This document shows, in pieces, positions 46,145-55,383 of a DNA stretch of 59,617 bases (position 1 is the stretch's first letter; every line of letters begins with the position of its first letter). The stretch comes from Rhodospirillaceae bacterium (GTDB lineage Bacteria; Pseudomonadota; Alphaproteobacteria; JAEULC01): NCBI GenBank assembly GCA_023266845.1, contig JAHFPH010000003.1:1-59617 (forward strand). The letters are read 5' to 3'. The notes beneath the pieces were generated by a model, which was given only the letters and a program-made list of their open reading frames with translations, did not search any database and had not been told where the DNA came from. The translations under genes were made by a program, and so were the position numbers.

Positions 46145-47346
46145 GTCGACGTTCCCTGGGCCACCACGCCTTCCTTGACCAGTGCCTCGATCTTGGCGGG
46201 CGCGTAGCCCAATTCGCGCAGCACATCGCGCCCATGCTCGCCCAATCTGGGCGGGCGGGTCAGGCGGATCTCCGCACCGGACATGGAGATCGGCGAGGCT
46301 ACGAGCTTGATCGGGTCGTTGCCCGCGTTGGGCACCTCGACCACCATCTTGTTCACGGCGGTTTGCGGATCGTTGAGCGCCTCGGCCAGGGACTTGACCG
46401 GCGCGCAGAGCAGGTCCTGCGCCTCCAGGCGCTTCAGCCAATGGGCGGTGGTGTTCGCGACGAAACGATCGCGGAAGATTTTCTGCAAATCGGCGCGGTT
46501 CTTCACCTGGTCGGGGAAACTGTCGTAGCGCGGATCGGCCGACAGGTCGGCGATCTCGAGCGCCGCGCAAATGTCGCGCAAGGGGTGCTGCTTGAACGCG
46601 CCGACCAGCACCAACGCGCCGTCCTTGGTGGCGAACACGCCCGACAGCGGCATGGCGCCCCAGTTGAGGTCGCGCGAACGCATCAGCCACATCGCCGCTT
46701 CCTGCATCTGCATCGCCAGCATCGAGTTGTAGAGCGATACGTTGATCTCCTGCCCCTCGCCCGTGCGCTCGCGCTGGTAAAGGGCCAGCAGAATGCCCTG
46801 GACCAGGTGCATGCCCGCCGAATAATCGGCCAGCGCCGTGGCGTAGATCGACATCGGCTCCGCCATGTCCGAACGGCGGTGCATGACGCCCGTGAGCGCC
46901 TGGGCAAGCACGTCCTGCCCGCCCTTATGCGCATTGGGGCCCGCGGGACCGAAGCCCGAGCCCACGGCGTTGATGATGCGCGGGTTGATTTTTTTCAGCT
47001 CGGCATAGCCGAAGCCGAGCTTGTCGAGCACGCCGGGGCGAAAATTGTTGACCACCACATCGGCGGTCTTGACCAGGTCGCGCACCACCTGCTTGCCCTT
47101 TTCGCCGCGCAGGTCGAGCGCGATGCTGCGCTTGTTGCGGTTGAGGCTGTGGAACACCGGATTGTCCAGCCCGCCCGGATCGTCGGGGATCGAGCTGCGC
47201 GACAGGTCGCCGGCGCCCGGACGCTCGATCTTGATCACGTCCGCCCCGTAATCGCCCAGCATCTGCGTGGCGCAAGGGCCCATCATCACCTGCGTGAAGT
47301 CGATGACCCTGACGCCGTCGAGCGGCAGCCTGCCGTTCTTCGCCAT
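46141..47346 (-). CDS. family III CoA-transferase (CaiB/BaiF family)
   Basis: 401 aa. VRVIDFTQVMMGPCATQMLGDYGADVIKIERPGAGD.. and later family blocks. Could alternatively be an alpha-methylacyl-CoA racemase-type member. Confidence 0.9.
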   Translation of the reverse strand: MAKNGRLPLDGVRVIDFTQVMMGPCATQMLGDYGADVIKIERPGAGDLSRSSIPDDPGGLDNPVFHSLNRNKRSIALDLRGEKGKQVVRDLVKTADVVVNNFRPGVLDKLGFGYAELKKINPRIINAVGSGFGPAGPNAHKGGQDVLAQALTGVMHRRSDMAEPMSIYATALADYSAGMHLVQGILLALYQRERTGEGQEINVSLYNSMLAMQMQEAAMWLMRSRDLNWGAMPLSGVFATKDGALVLVGAFKQHPLRDICAALEIADLSADPRYDSFPDQVKNRADLQKIFRDRFVANTTAHWLKRLEAQDLLCAPVKSLAEALNDPQTAVNKMVVEVPNAGNDPIKLVASPISMSGAEIRLTRPPRLGEHGRDVLRELGYAPAKIEALVKEGVVAQGTST

Positions 47347-47350
47347 CGCC

Positions 47351-48709
47351 CTACTCCGCCGCTTGCAGGATTTTCGCGTTCGCCGCGGGTATGTCGCCCG
47401 GATCGCCGCCAGCCGCGCGGATTTTCTTTTGCAGCGCCGTCACGTCGATCTGGCGCACCGCGGTGTTGCCTTGAAGCGCCATCGAAGCGGCGATACCGCA
47501 AGCCTCGCCCATCGCCATGCAGGGCGGAATCTCGCGCGAGACTTTCTGCGCGGCGGGCGTGGCCGAATAATGCCGGCCGGCCACCAGCAACTGCTCGACT
47601 TTCTTGGGCAGAAGCGCGCGATAGGGCGTGTAGTAGTCGCGCCCGCGCGCCACGCTGTCGCGGAAATGCACGCGCTCGGTCACGTCCTCCTTGCTGACGA
47701 CGTAGTCGCCGTCGAGCAGGCGCGTTTGGCGCACGCCGGTCTGCGGCGCGACATCGACCACGAAGCATTTCTCGAAGCCGGGCAGCGGCGCCTTGCGCAA
47801 CCAATCGACCATCGCGTAGATGCGCGTGCGACCCTCGAACTCGGCCTTGGTCAAATCCTCGACCTTGACGCCGTCATAGCCCGTCATGTGCGGGCAGTTG
47901 CACCACACCACGCCGGGCAGCGGCGTCTTCAGCCACCACATCTCCCACGACCCGCCGATGACGCGCTTGACCTCGCGATCCAGGCGCAGGAATTTCTCCG
48001 GCTCCTCGAACTGGAATTTCTCGGCCGCGTCCGTATCCACGCCGCCTAGGCGGAACACGGTGGTCAGGATGTACGAGCCGTGCGTGAAGGCAGCACCCGC
48101 GCTGGCCGCCACGTCCAGGTCGCCGGTGGCGTCGATCACCACCTTGCCCATCAGCGCCTGGCGGCCGGCCTTGGTCTCGCACACCACGCCCGTGATGCGC
48201 CCGTCCGCGACGATCGCGCGCGAGAACCAGCTATGCAGACGCAGATCGATCTTGTTTTCGCGGATCATGTCGCAGGACACGCGCTTCCACCCGTCGGGAT
48301 CGAAGGCCGCGGCATAGGTGATGGGCTGCGGGCGGGTGTGGGAATGGAAATCGTGCACGCCCCAGCGCGACCATTTCTTCCACATCTCGATGTGCTGGCG
48401 GCGGTCTTCCGCGGGCGGATAGACGGCCATGCCGTGCGCGGCCATGCGGTCGATAAATTCCTGGCAAATGCCCTTGACCGTGATCTCAGGCCCGTTGGTC
48501 ATGTCGTCGAGCACCAGCACCATGCCGCCCGAGGCGAGCCCGCCGAGATAGGGGTAGCGTTCGACCAACGTCACCTTGGCGCCGTTGCGCGCGGCGGCGA
48601 TGGCGGCGGCCGTACCGGCAGGGCCGCCGCCCACCACCAGCACGTCGGCATCGGCCACGACCGGCGCGCGTCCGGCGGAATCGGCAATGAAGCTCTGGTC
48701 CATAGTCAT
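47351..48709 (-). CDS. FAD-dependent oxidoreductase (FAD_oxidored/GidA-like fold, unknown substrate)
   Basis: 452 aa. AGGAG RBS. DVLVVGGGPAGTAAAIAAARNGAKVTLVER dinucleotide fold followed by YLGGLASGG. Confidence 0.85.
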   Translation of the reverse strand: MTMDQSFIADSAGRAPVVADADVLVVGGGPAGTAAAIAAARNGAKVTLVERYPYLGGLASGGMVLVLDDMTNGPEITVKGICQEFIDRMAAHGMAVYPPAEDRRQHIEMWKKWSRWGVHDFHSHTRPQPITYAAAFDPDGWKRVSCDMIRENKIDLRLHSWFSRAIVADGRITGVVCETKAGRQALMGKVVIDATGDLDVAASAGAAFTHGSYILTTVFRLGGVDTDAAEKFQFEEPEKFLRLDREVKRVIGGSWEMWWLKTPLPGVVWCNCPHMTGYDGVKVEDLTKAEFEGRTRIYAMVDWLRKAPLPGFEKCFVVDVAPQTGVRQTRLLDGDYVVSKEDVTERVHFRDSVARGRDYYTPYRALLPKKVEQLLVAGRHYSATPAAQKVSREIPPCMAMGEACGIAASMALQGNTAVRQIDVTALQKKIRAAGGDPGDIPAANAKILQAAE

Positions 48710-48749
48710 AGCTAAACTCCTGGGCGTTCGACGGACTCCAGACTCAGGC

Positions 48750-49592
48750 TCAGCCCGCGCGGTCCGATTTCCATTTGACGACGTGGCGCTCGATCAGGCC
48801 GATGACGCCGAAAAAGCAGGCCGAGAAGGTGGAGCCGACGGCGATGGTCGCGTAGAGCAGCGGCGTGTCGAACGCGTAGGTCGCCTGGATGATCAGCGCG
48901 CCGATGCCTTTGACGCTGCCGATCCACTCGCCGACGATAGCGCCGATCACCGAGGTGCTGGCGGCGATCTTGAGCGCCGAGAACAGATAGGGTAGCGAGT
49001 TCTGCACGCGGATTTTCAGGAATATCTCGCGCGGACTGGCCGACAGCACGCGCATCAGCTCCAAGGCCTGCGGGTTCACGTCCTGGAGCCCGCGCACCAT
49101 GTTGACCAGCGTGGGAAAGAAGCAGATCAGCGCGGCGATGGCGATTTTCGGCTCCATGCCGTTGCCCAGTAGCAAGACGAGGATCGGCGCTTTCGCCACC
49201 ACCGGGATGGTGTTGACCATAACCGCGATCGGGAAGAATGCCTCTTCCGCCGCGCGGTTGTGCACGAACGCGGTGGCGAGCGCGATGGCGGCGAAATTGC
49301 CCAGCAGAAACCCGCACACCGCCTCGATCGCGGTCGGCATCAGGTTTGCCATCAATATGTCGAAGCGCTGGATCAGCACGCGAAATACGGCCGTGGGCGT
49401 GGGCGCGATGAACGGCTTGATGTCGAACGCCACAACGGCCCAATGCCACAGCACCAGCAGCAGGATCACCGCGCCCACGGGCAGCAGGCGCTTGCGCCAC
49501 AACAGGCGCCGCTTGGCGGCCATGAACCGCGCCTGCTCTGCTTGGTCGACGACGAAGCCGCCGCTTACGGTCGCGCTGGCGTCGCTGGCCAT
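48750..49592 (-). CDS. ABC transporter permease (NitT/TauT family)
   Basis: ATG 49592 (MASDASATV..) overlaps the ATPase stop by 1 nt; the upstream part of the track ORF is shadow sequence. It has 6 TM segments and an EAA-like loop. Confidence 0.88.
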   Translation of the reverse strand: MASDASATVSGGFVVDQAEQARFMAAKRRLLWRKRLLPVGAVILLLVLWHWAVVAFDIKPFIAPTPTAVFRVLIQRFDILMANLMPTAIEAVCGFLLGNFAAIALATAFVHNRAAEEAFFPIAVMVNTIPVVAKAPILVLLLGNGMEPKIAIAALICFFPTLVNMVRGLQDVNPQALELMRVLSASPREIFLKIRVQNSLPYLFSALKIAASTSVIGAIVGEWIGSVKGIGALIIQATYAFDTPLLYATIAVGSTFSACFFGVIGLIERHVVKWKSDRAG

Positions 49593-50422
49593 CAGCAATT
49601 CTCCAGTTCGCGGCGCAGCAGGCCCGCGAGCGCCACGAACTCGGCCGTCTCGCGCACCGGCAGACGGCGCGGCGAGGGCAGCGTGATCGGCACCAGCGCG
49701 CGCACGCGGCCCGGGCGCGCCGCCAGCATCAGCACCTGTTGGCTCAGGAACACGGCCTCGTAGATGCTGTGCGTGACGAACACGATGGTGGTGCCGGTCG
49801 ATTCCCACACGTCAAGCAGCTCTTCGTTGAGGCGGTCGCGCGTGATCTCGTCGAGCGCCCCGAACGGCTCGTCCATCAAAAGCAGCTTGGGCCCGCTGAC
49901 CAAGGCGCGGGCGATCGACACGCGCTGGCGCATGCCGCCCGAAAGCTCGTGCGGATAGGCGTTCTCCCAGCCCGCCAGTCCGACCAGCTTCAGCAATTCC
50001 TCGGGCGGGCGCGTGCCGGGCCGCTGCTGCGCGCCGCCCACTTCGAACGGCAGTTGGACATTCTGCAACGCGGTGCGCCAGGGCAAAAGCGCCGCATCCT
50101 GGAACACGAAGCCGATATCGCGGTTGCGCCGCGCCACCTCGGGCTTGGCGCCCAAAACCGCGACCTTACCCGCGCTCGGCGGCACCAGATCGGCGATCAC
50201 GCGCAGCAGCGTGGACTTGCCGCAGCCCGACGGTCCCAGCAAAGTCAGGAAGCTGCCGGCGTGAATTGCCAGCGAGACGCCGTCGAGCGCCGTGACCGTG
50301 CCGCGCTCGGTCGTGAAGCGAACGGTCACGCCCTCGCAGCGCACGGCCTCGGCGGCGCCGGATTTCGCCGGCGCCGCCGTTCCCGCTGGGATCGCTCCCG
50401 AAACCGCTACTGCCGCGGTCAT
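49592..50422 (-). CDS. ABC transporter ATP-binding protein (NitT/TauT family)
   Basis: 276 aa. Walker A GPSGCGKST, signature LSGGMRQRVSIARAL, Walker B LLLMDEPF. Confidence 0.9.
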   Translation of the reverse strand: MTAAVAVSGAIPAGTAAPAKSGAAEAVRCEGVTVRFTTERGTVTALDGVSLAIHAGSFLTLLGPSGCGKSTLLRVIADLVPPSAGKVAVLGAKPEVARRNRDIGFVFQDAALLPWRTALQNVQLPFEVGGAQQRPGTRPPEELLKLVGLAGWENAYPHELSGGMRQRVSIARALVSGPKLLLMDEPFGALDEITRDRLNEELLDVWESTGTTIVFVTHSIYEAVFLSQQVLMLAARPGRVRALVPITLPSPRRLPVRETAEFVALAGLLRRELENC

Positions 50423-50425
50423 GCG

Positions 50426-51469
50426 TCAGCCGATCTTCGGCCGCTTGTCCTTGGTGGCGTCGAGGATCGCCGTGGTGGCGACGGCCTCGACCTTGGGTGC
50501 GCCGGCCGAGAACTGCTTCAACTCGTCGTAAACCTTGATCTGCTCGGCCCAGTTCGCCATTTCCATCTGGCCCCAGCCATTGGCCTTGGTCGCGGCCGTG
50601 AACTCGAATTTCAGCATCACGTCGGCGGCCTCGACCTCGTCGGCCTTCACCAGGTTGGGGTACTCCTTGACCAGCAGGTCCACCGCTTTTTCGCGGTTGG
50701 AATTGGCCCATTCCCAGCCCTTGGCGGTGGCGCGGGTGAACGCGGCCACCATCTCGGCCTTCTTGGTCAGCGTGTCGTTGGTGGCGTAGTACGGCAGCGC
50801 GTAGAGCTTGATGCCCGAATCCCACAGCCGCAGATCGACGCGATCCTTGCCCAGCGGCTTGATTGCCGTGGTGTTGGTGAGCCACCCGGTGAACACATCC
50901 ACCTGGCCGGTCAGCAGCGGCGTCATGTCGGCGCCGGCAACCACCACCTCGACCTTGTCTTCGGGGATGTTGTTCTTCTTCAAAAGCGCGGTCAGCAGAA
51001 TCTTGCCCGTCGCCTGGATGCCGACCTTTTTGCCCACCAAGTCCTGCGGCGTCTTCACCGGCTTCTTGCCCAGCGAGAAGAAGGTGTAGGGATGCTCCTG
51101 CGCGCCGACCGCGAAACACTTGATCGGTAGGCTTTGCGAAGCTGCGAGCATCAGCGAGGGGCTGGACGAGACCTGGCCGATCTCGAACTTGCCCGAGGCG
51201 ACGATCGCCACGCCGTCGATCGACGGGCCGCCCGGCTGGATGGCGATGTTCAGCTTTTCCTGCTCGTAGAAACCCATCGCCTTGGCGACGACCTCGCCCA
51301 GCTGGTTGCCGCCGGTGATCCAGCCGAGCTGGAAATTGACGGTTTGCGTGGCGGCCTGCTGTGCATAGCCGCGGCCTGGCACCAGCCCGGTCGCCAGAAG
51401 CCCCACGGTGCCGGCGCCGTAGCCCAGCACTTTGCGGCGTGTAATCAAGGATTTGCGCGATTTCGCCAT
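50426..51469 (-). CDS. ABC transporter substrate-binding protein (NMT1/THI5-like, NitT/TauT family)
   Basis: ATG 51469 (MAKSRKSLITRRKVLGYGAGTVGLLATG.., Tat-like leader). The mature part is NMT1/SsuA-like (NFQLGWI, GKKVGIQ). Confidence 0.85.
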   Translation of the reverse strand: MAKSRKSLITRRKVLGYGAGTVGLLATGLVPGRGYAQQAATQTVNFQLGWITGGNQLGEVVAKAMGFYEQEKLNIAIQPGGPSIDGVAIVASGKFEIGQVSSSPSLMLAASQSLPIKCFAVGAQEHPYTFFSLGKKPVKTPQDLVGKKVGIQATGKILLTALLKKNNIPEDKVEVVVAGADMTPLLTGQVDVFTGWLTNTTAIKPLGKDRVDLRLWDSGIKLYALPYYATNDTLTKKAEMVAAFTRATAKGWEWANSNREKAVDLLVKEYPNLVKADEVEAADVMLKFEFTAATKANGWGQMEMANWAEQIKVYDELKQFSAGAPKVEAVATTAILDATKDKRPKIG

Positions 51470-51578
51470 GGTTTGACCCCTTTTCCCCAGGCGTTCATGG
51501 GACGCCCTTGCCCAATAACCCACGCAAACTCTATGCCCCTTTCGGTGCGCTAGAAAAGAACAGTTTTTCGCCCAAGGA

Positions 51579-51595
51579 GATGCCAAAATGGCATC
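51579..51595. promoter_or_regulatory. LysR-type T-N11-A dyad (GATGCCA-AAA-TGGCATC)
   Basis: Perfect 7-3-7 inverted repeat containing T-N11-A. It sits in the divergent intergenic region between the NitT/TauT operon (start 51469) and the LysR gene (likely start 51621). Confidence 0.4.
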
Positions 51596-51620
51596 GCCGA
51601 TTCTTCCATTGGGGGAACCA

Positions 51621-52535
51621 ATGCACGCCGCCGTTCTGCGCTATCTGGACCAGGTTGCGCGCCACGGGTCGATCCGCCGCGCGGCCGCGGCCACGAACGT
51701 GGCGTCCTCGGCCATCAACCGGCAGATTCTGCGCCTGGAGCGCGATCTGGGCGCGGCGCTATTCGTGCGCCGGCGCGACGGCGTGGTGCTGACGCCCGTG
51801 GGCGAGGCGATGCTGCGCCATGTGCGCGATACGCTGGCGGATTTCAAACGCGCCAAGGGCGAGATCGAGGGCTTGCGCGGCATCGTCAGCGGCGAGGTGC
51901 GCATCGCCGCGCTCGATTCGCTGCTGGTGCAGTTCGTGCCCGACACGCTTTCCGATCTGGCGCGGCGCTATCCACACCTCACCTTCTCGGTGACGGCGCA
52001 GGGTCCGGCCGATCTGGCCGAGGAGCTGCGCAGCGGCCGTGCCGACATCGCCCTCTCTTTCGTCGACCAGCGCTATCGCGACGTCGAGGTGGTCGCCGCG
52101 CAGAAGACGCCGCTGGGCGCGGTGGTGGCGCCGTCGCATCCCCTCGCCGGACGCAAGCGCGTGCCGGTGGGGGAGTGCGCCGACTATCCCGCGATCCTGG
52201 TGCATGACCGCATGCCGCTGACACCGACGCTCGAGGCCGAGTTCGCGCGGCACCGTACCGTGTTCCGCGCGCGCTTCACCTCGAACTCGCTGGAATTCAT
52301 GCGCGCGATGCTGCTGGCGGGCCTGGGCGTCGGATTCTTCACGCGCCTGGGCTTCATGCGCGAGATCGCGCAAGGCCGGCTGGTGCATGTGCCGCTGGCT
52401 GAGCCGGGCCTGCGCAACGTCGCCCTGGGCGTGCTGGTGATGCGCCGCCGGCCGATGTCGCCCGCCGTGGAGCTGACGCTCGAGGCGATCCGCCGCAACC
52501 TCGCCGCGCTGGGGCGAGGCGCGAAAGCAGCTTAG
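51621..52535 (+). CDS. LysR-family transcriptional regulator
   Basis: The track start at 51588 lies inside the dyad. ATG 51621 gives MHAAVLRYLDQVARHGSIRRAAAATNVASSAINRQILRLERDLG, a typical LysR wHTH, followed by an effector domain. Confidence 0.88.
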   Translation: MHAAVLRYLDQVARHGSIRRAAAATNVASSAINRQILRLERDLGAALFVRRRDGVVLTPVGEAMLRHVRDTLADFKRAKGEIEGLRGIVSGEVRIAALDSLLVQFVPDTLSDLARRYPHLTFSVTAQGPADLAEELRSGRADIALSFVDQRYRDVEVVAAQKTPLGAVVAPSHPLAGRKRVPVGECADYPAILVHDRMPLTPTLEAEFARHRTVFRARFTSNSLEFMRAMLLAGLGVGFFTRLGFMREIAQGRLVHVPLAEPGLRNVALGVLVMRRRPMSPAVELTLEAIRRNLAALGRGAKAA

Positions 52536-52556
52536 AACGCCACTTTCTTCGCACCC

Positions 52557-53168
52557 CTATTTCTTGACGCCTAGACCGCGCATGAAACGGTCGCGGATCT
52601 GCGCCGGATCGCGCTCGGTCTGCTCCACCGCCGGCTCGCCGTCGATGCGCGCAGCCACGAGCCATGGGCCCTCGCCCGCGAGTGCGCGGTCCATCAGCTT
52701 CTCGAACGCGGCTTCGTCGTCGGCCCAGGCGCTTTGGTCGATGCCGGCGCCGCGCGCCATCGCCACGATGTCCGCGCCCGCCGCCGTCGAGGTGGGCTGC
52801 GAGCCGGTGATCTGGTAGCTGCCGTTGTCCATCACCACGATCGCCAGGTTCCTGGGCCTGAGCATGGCGATGGTGGTAAGCGCACCCAGCTGCATTAGGA
52901 TCGATCCGTCGCCTTCCAGCGCGAACACCCGGCGCTTGGGCTGAGCCAGCGCCACCCCCAACGCGATGGGCACGGCCAGGCCCATCGACCCCAGCATGTA
53001 GAAATTCTGCGGCCGGCGGCCGGCGGCCCATAAATCGAAATTGGTGTTGCCGATGCCGCCGACCACCGCCTCTTCGTGCTTCAGCTTCGCCACTAGGCGT
53101 TTGGTGATGTCGAAGCGGTTCAGCACCTTGGCGTTGCCGCGGCCGCGCGATTCTAATTCTTGCGACAT
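52557..53168 (-). CDS. ThDP-dependent decarboxylase, beta (diphosphate-binding) subunit, sulfopyruvate/phosphonopyruvate decarboxylase-like (ComE-like)
   Basis: ATG 53168 (MSQELESRG..), 203 aa. ThDP motif GDGSILMQLGALTTIAMLRPRNLAIVVMDNGSY (GDG-X26-N). The upstream part of the 375-aa track ORF is out-of-frame shadow over the alpha subunit. Confidence 0.85.
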   Translation of the reverse strand: MSQELESRGRGNAKVLNRFDITKRLVAKLKHEEAVVGGIGNTNFDLWAAGRRPQNFYMLGSMGLAVPIALGVALAQPKRRVFALEGDGSILMQLGALTTIAMLRPRNLAIVVMDNGSYQITGSQPTSTAAGADIVAMARGAGIDQSAWADDEAAFEKLMDRALAGEGPWLVAARIDGEPAVEQTERDPAQIRDRFMRGLGVKK

Positions 53169-53176
53169 TTTGGGGC

Positions 53177-53698
53177 TCACTTCTTCAGCACTTTGCCGCC
53201 GGTCAAAAGCGGCGACAGGATCAGCGCGGCCGGGGCCTGGGTCTGCACGGCCTGCTTGATGGTTCGGTCGGCGATGAATTCGACCTGGTCCAAACGCTCG
53301 ATCGTGTGGTGCTCCATGGCCAGCGCATCCAGCACCGGGCGCATGGTGCGGCAAGTCATGGCCTGGCCGAGGTTGAATTCGCCCAACGTGCCGCGCTCGG
53401 AAATCATCATGACAACGGGGATCTGGAACGGCACGGCCAGCGAGGCGAGCGCGTTGGCGAGCGTGGCGAAGCCGCTGGTCTGCATCAGCACCACCCCGCG
53501 CATCCCCGCCATCCACGCGCCCGAGACCACGCCCACCGCCTCTTCCTCGCGCGCGCAGGCGAATGAGGTGAAGTCCTTGTCGGCGCGCACCGCGTCGATC
53601 AACGGCCGCAGCACGTTGTCCGGCACATAGGTGACCAGCTTCACCTGGTTCGCCTTGAAGACGTCGCGCACGATCTCGTGCCACGCGCGTTCGGCCAT
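53177..53698 (-). CDS. ThDP-dependent decarboxylase, alpha (pyrimidine-binding) subunit (ComD-like)
   Basis: 173 aa. TPP_enzyme_N-like (VTYVPDNVLRPL.., REEEAVGVVSGAWMAG.., LMQTSG). Ends 8 nt before the beta-subunit start. Confidence 0.85.
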   Translation of the reverse strand: MAERAWHEIVRDVFKANQVKLVTYVPDNVLRPLIDAVRADKDFTSFACAREEEAVGVVSGAWMAGMRGVVLMQTSGFATLANALASLAVPFQIPVVMMISERGTLGEFNLGQAMTCRTMRPVLDALAMEHHTIERLDQVEFIADRTIKQAVQTQAPAALILSPLLTGGKVLKK

Positions 53699-53727
53699 TG
53701 CCTAACCCCCGGTTTCCCTTCCCGTTC

Positions 53728-55383
53728 CTATAATAGCGCGACTTCGTGGCGCTTGAGCACGCGATAGATCAGCGCCAACGGCAGGATGGTCGCCAGGATC
53801 AGCACGGTCGCGGTCGCGGCCGCCGTGCCCGCGCCCGTGCCCTCGAGCGCGCGGAACATCTCGACCGTCATGGTGGACCACTGGCCGCTGTAGAGTACGA
53901 CAGTGGCGCTAAGCTCCGACGTGATGGTAACCCAGGTCAAGATCGTACCGCCGATCACGCCGCCCGCCATCAGCGGCACGGTGAGCTGGAAAAAGGTGCG
54001 CGCGGGCGAAACGCCGAGGTTGATCGACGCTTCTTCCAGGCTCGGATCGATCTGATGCAGGATCGCCGCGCTGGCGCGCACGTTGAACGGCAGCTTGCGG
54101 ATCATGTAGGCCAGCACCAGGATCAGCCAGCCGCCCGTGAGGATCAGAAAACCGCTGTTGAACGAGATCACCAAGCCGATGCCCAGAACCGTGCCGGCGA
54201 CGGCGAACGGCGCCATCGCCACCACGTCCAAGAGATCGGCCAGGCGCGAGCGATAACGCGTCAGCACATAGCCGATCGGCACGCCCAGCAGCGTCGCGCC
54301 GGCCGCCGCCCCGGTCGCCAGCATGAGGGTGTTGACCAGCGGCCGCTCGCCGCGCTGCCACAGCAGAACGAAGTTGCCGATGCTGGGCTCCAGATGCATC
54401 ACCGGCCCGCGGAATTTCAGGAACGAGATCGCGACGACCGCCGCGAACGGCACCAGGGCCAGCAGCACCACGCCCCAGGCGAAGCACGCGCCGAGGCGCC
54501 GGAGCCATGGCGCCACGACAAGCTCGGGCGGGACTGAGCGTGCACCGGTGGCGAAACGCCGCTTGGACAAATAGTACCGCTGCAGCAGCAGCGCCGCCGT
54601 GGTGCAGCAGATCAGGAGCACGCCCAGCACCCCGGCCGAGGCCGGATTGGCGCCCATCTCGCCGACGAACAGCTTATAGGCCTGGATCGACAGGATCGGC
54701 ATGTCCTCGGCCAGCACGAAGGGTACGCCGAAATTCTCCAGCGTCTCCATGAACACCAAAAGCCCGCCCGACAGCACCGAGGGCAGCACGACAGGCAGGA
54801 TCACCGTGCGGAACACGCGCCAGCGCGTCGCGCCCAGGTTCTGCCCCGCCTCCTCGATCGACACGTCCACCGCCTTGAACGCGGCCAGCGTGGGCAGCAG
54901 CACGTACGGGAAAGTCTGCAGCGTATAGACCAGCACCAGCCCCTGCTTGCCGTAGATCGAGATGCCATCGAGGCCGATCTCGCGCAAGCCCTGGGTGACG
55001 AGGCCTGCGCGGCCCAGCAATAGCACCCAAGCATAGGCCCCGACGAAGGACGGCAGCACCAGCGGCAAGGCGGCGAGCGCCAGCAGCGCGGGCTTCGCCG
55101 GTACCGGCAGGCGCGCGACGCAAAACGCCATCGGCACGCCAATCGCGATCGTCATGAGGGTGGCCAGCGAGCCGACGGTCAGGCTGTTGATCAGGCCCGC
55201 GCGATAGAACGGCGTACCGAGAATCTTGACGTAGTTGGCGAGGGTAAGGGCCTTGCCGCTCGGATCGAAGAAGCTGGCCTGGAATACGTTGTAGAGCGGA
55301 TAGACCAGGAATAGGCCGAGGAACGCCAGGGCCACCGCCGCCACGGCCAGCGGAAAACCGGAGCGCGCGGGGATCAGTCGCAT
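53728..55383 (-). CDS. ABC transporter permease, duplicated two-domain type (FbpB/AfuB/ThiP-like)
   Basis: 551 aa with about 12 TM segments in two homologous halves. Confidence 0.9.
   Translation of the reverse strand: MRLIPARSGFPLAVAAVALAFLGLFLVYPLYNVFQASFFDPSGKALTLANYVKILGTPFYRAGLINSLTVGSLATLMTIAIGVPMAFCVARLPVPAKPALLALAALPLVLPSFVGAYAWVLLLGRAGLVTQGLREIGLDGISIYGKQGLVLVYTLQTFPYVLLPTLAAFKAVDVSIEEAGQNLGATRWRVFRTVILPVVLPSVLSGGLLVFMETLENFGVPFVLAEDMPILSIQAYKLFVGEMGANPASAGVLGVLLICCTTAALLLQRYYLSKRRFATGARSVPPELVVAPWLRRLGACFAWGVVLLALVPFAAVVAISFLKFRGPVMHLEPSIGNFVLLWQRGERPLVNTLMLATGAAAGATLLGVPIGYVLTRYRSRLADLLDVVAMAPFAVAGTVLGIGLVISFNSGFLILTGGWLILVLAYMIRKLPFNVRASAAILHQIDPSLEEASINLGVSPARTFFQLTVPLMAGGVIGGTILTWVTITSELSATVVLYSGQWSTMTVEMFRALEGTGAGTAAATATVLILATILPLALIYRVLKRHEVALL

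Noticed and set aside
45371-46690. 439-aa ORF suggesting a crotonase with a long N-terminal extension.
   Set aside because: The extension overlaps the 3' half of the CoA-transferase gene in another frame and is R/G-rich. GTG 46144, overlapping the transferase stop, gives a standard ~257-aa crotonase.
51470-51620. Possible TPP riboswitch upstream of the NMT1/THI5-like binding protein. ThiXYZ-type HMP importers are often TPP-riboswitch controlled.
   Set aside because: Reading the minus-strand leader shows no CUGAGA or ACCUGAUCUGGAUAAUGCCAGCG-like conserved elements. The region instead carries a LysR-type dyad. An Rfam scan would be the definitive check.
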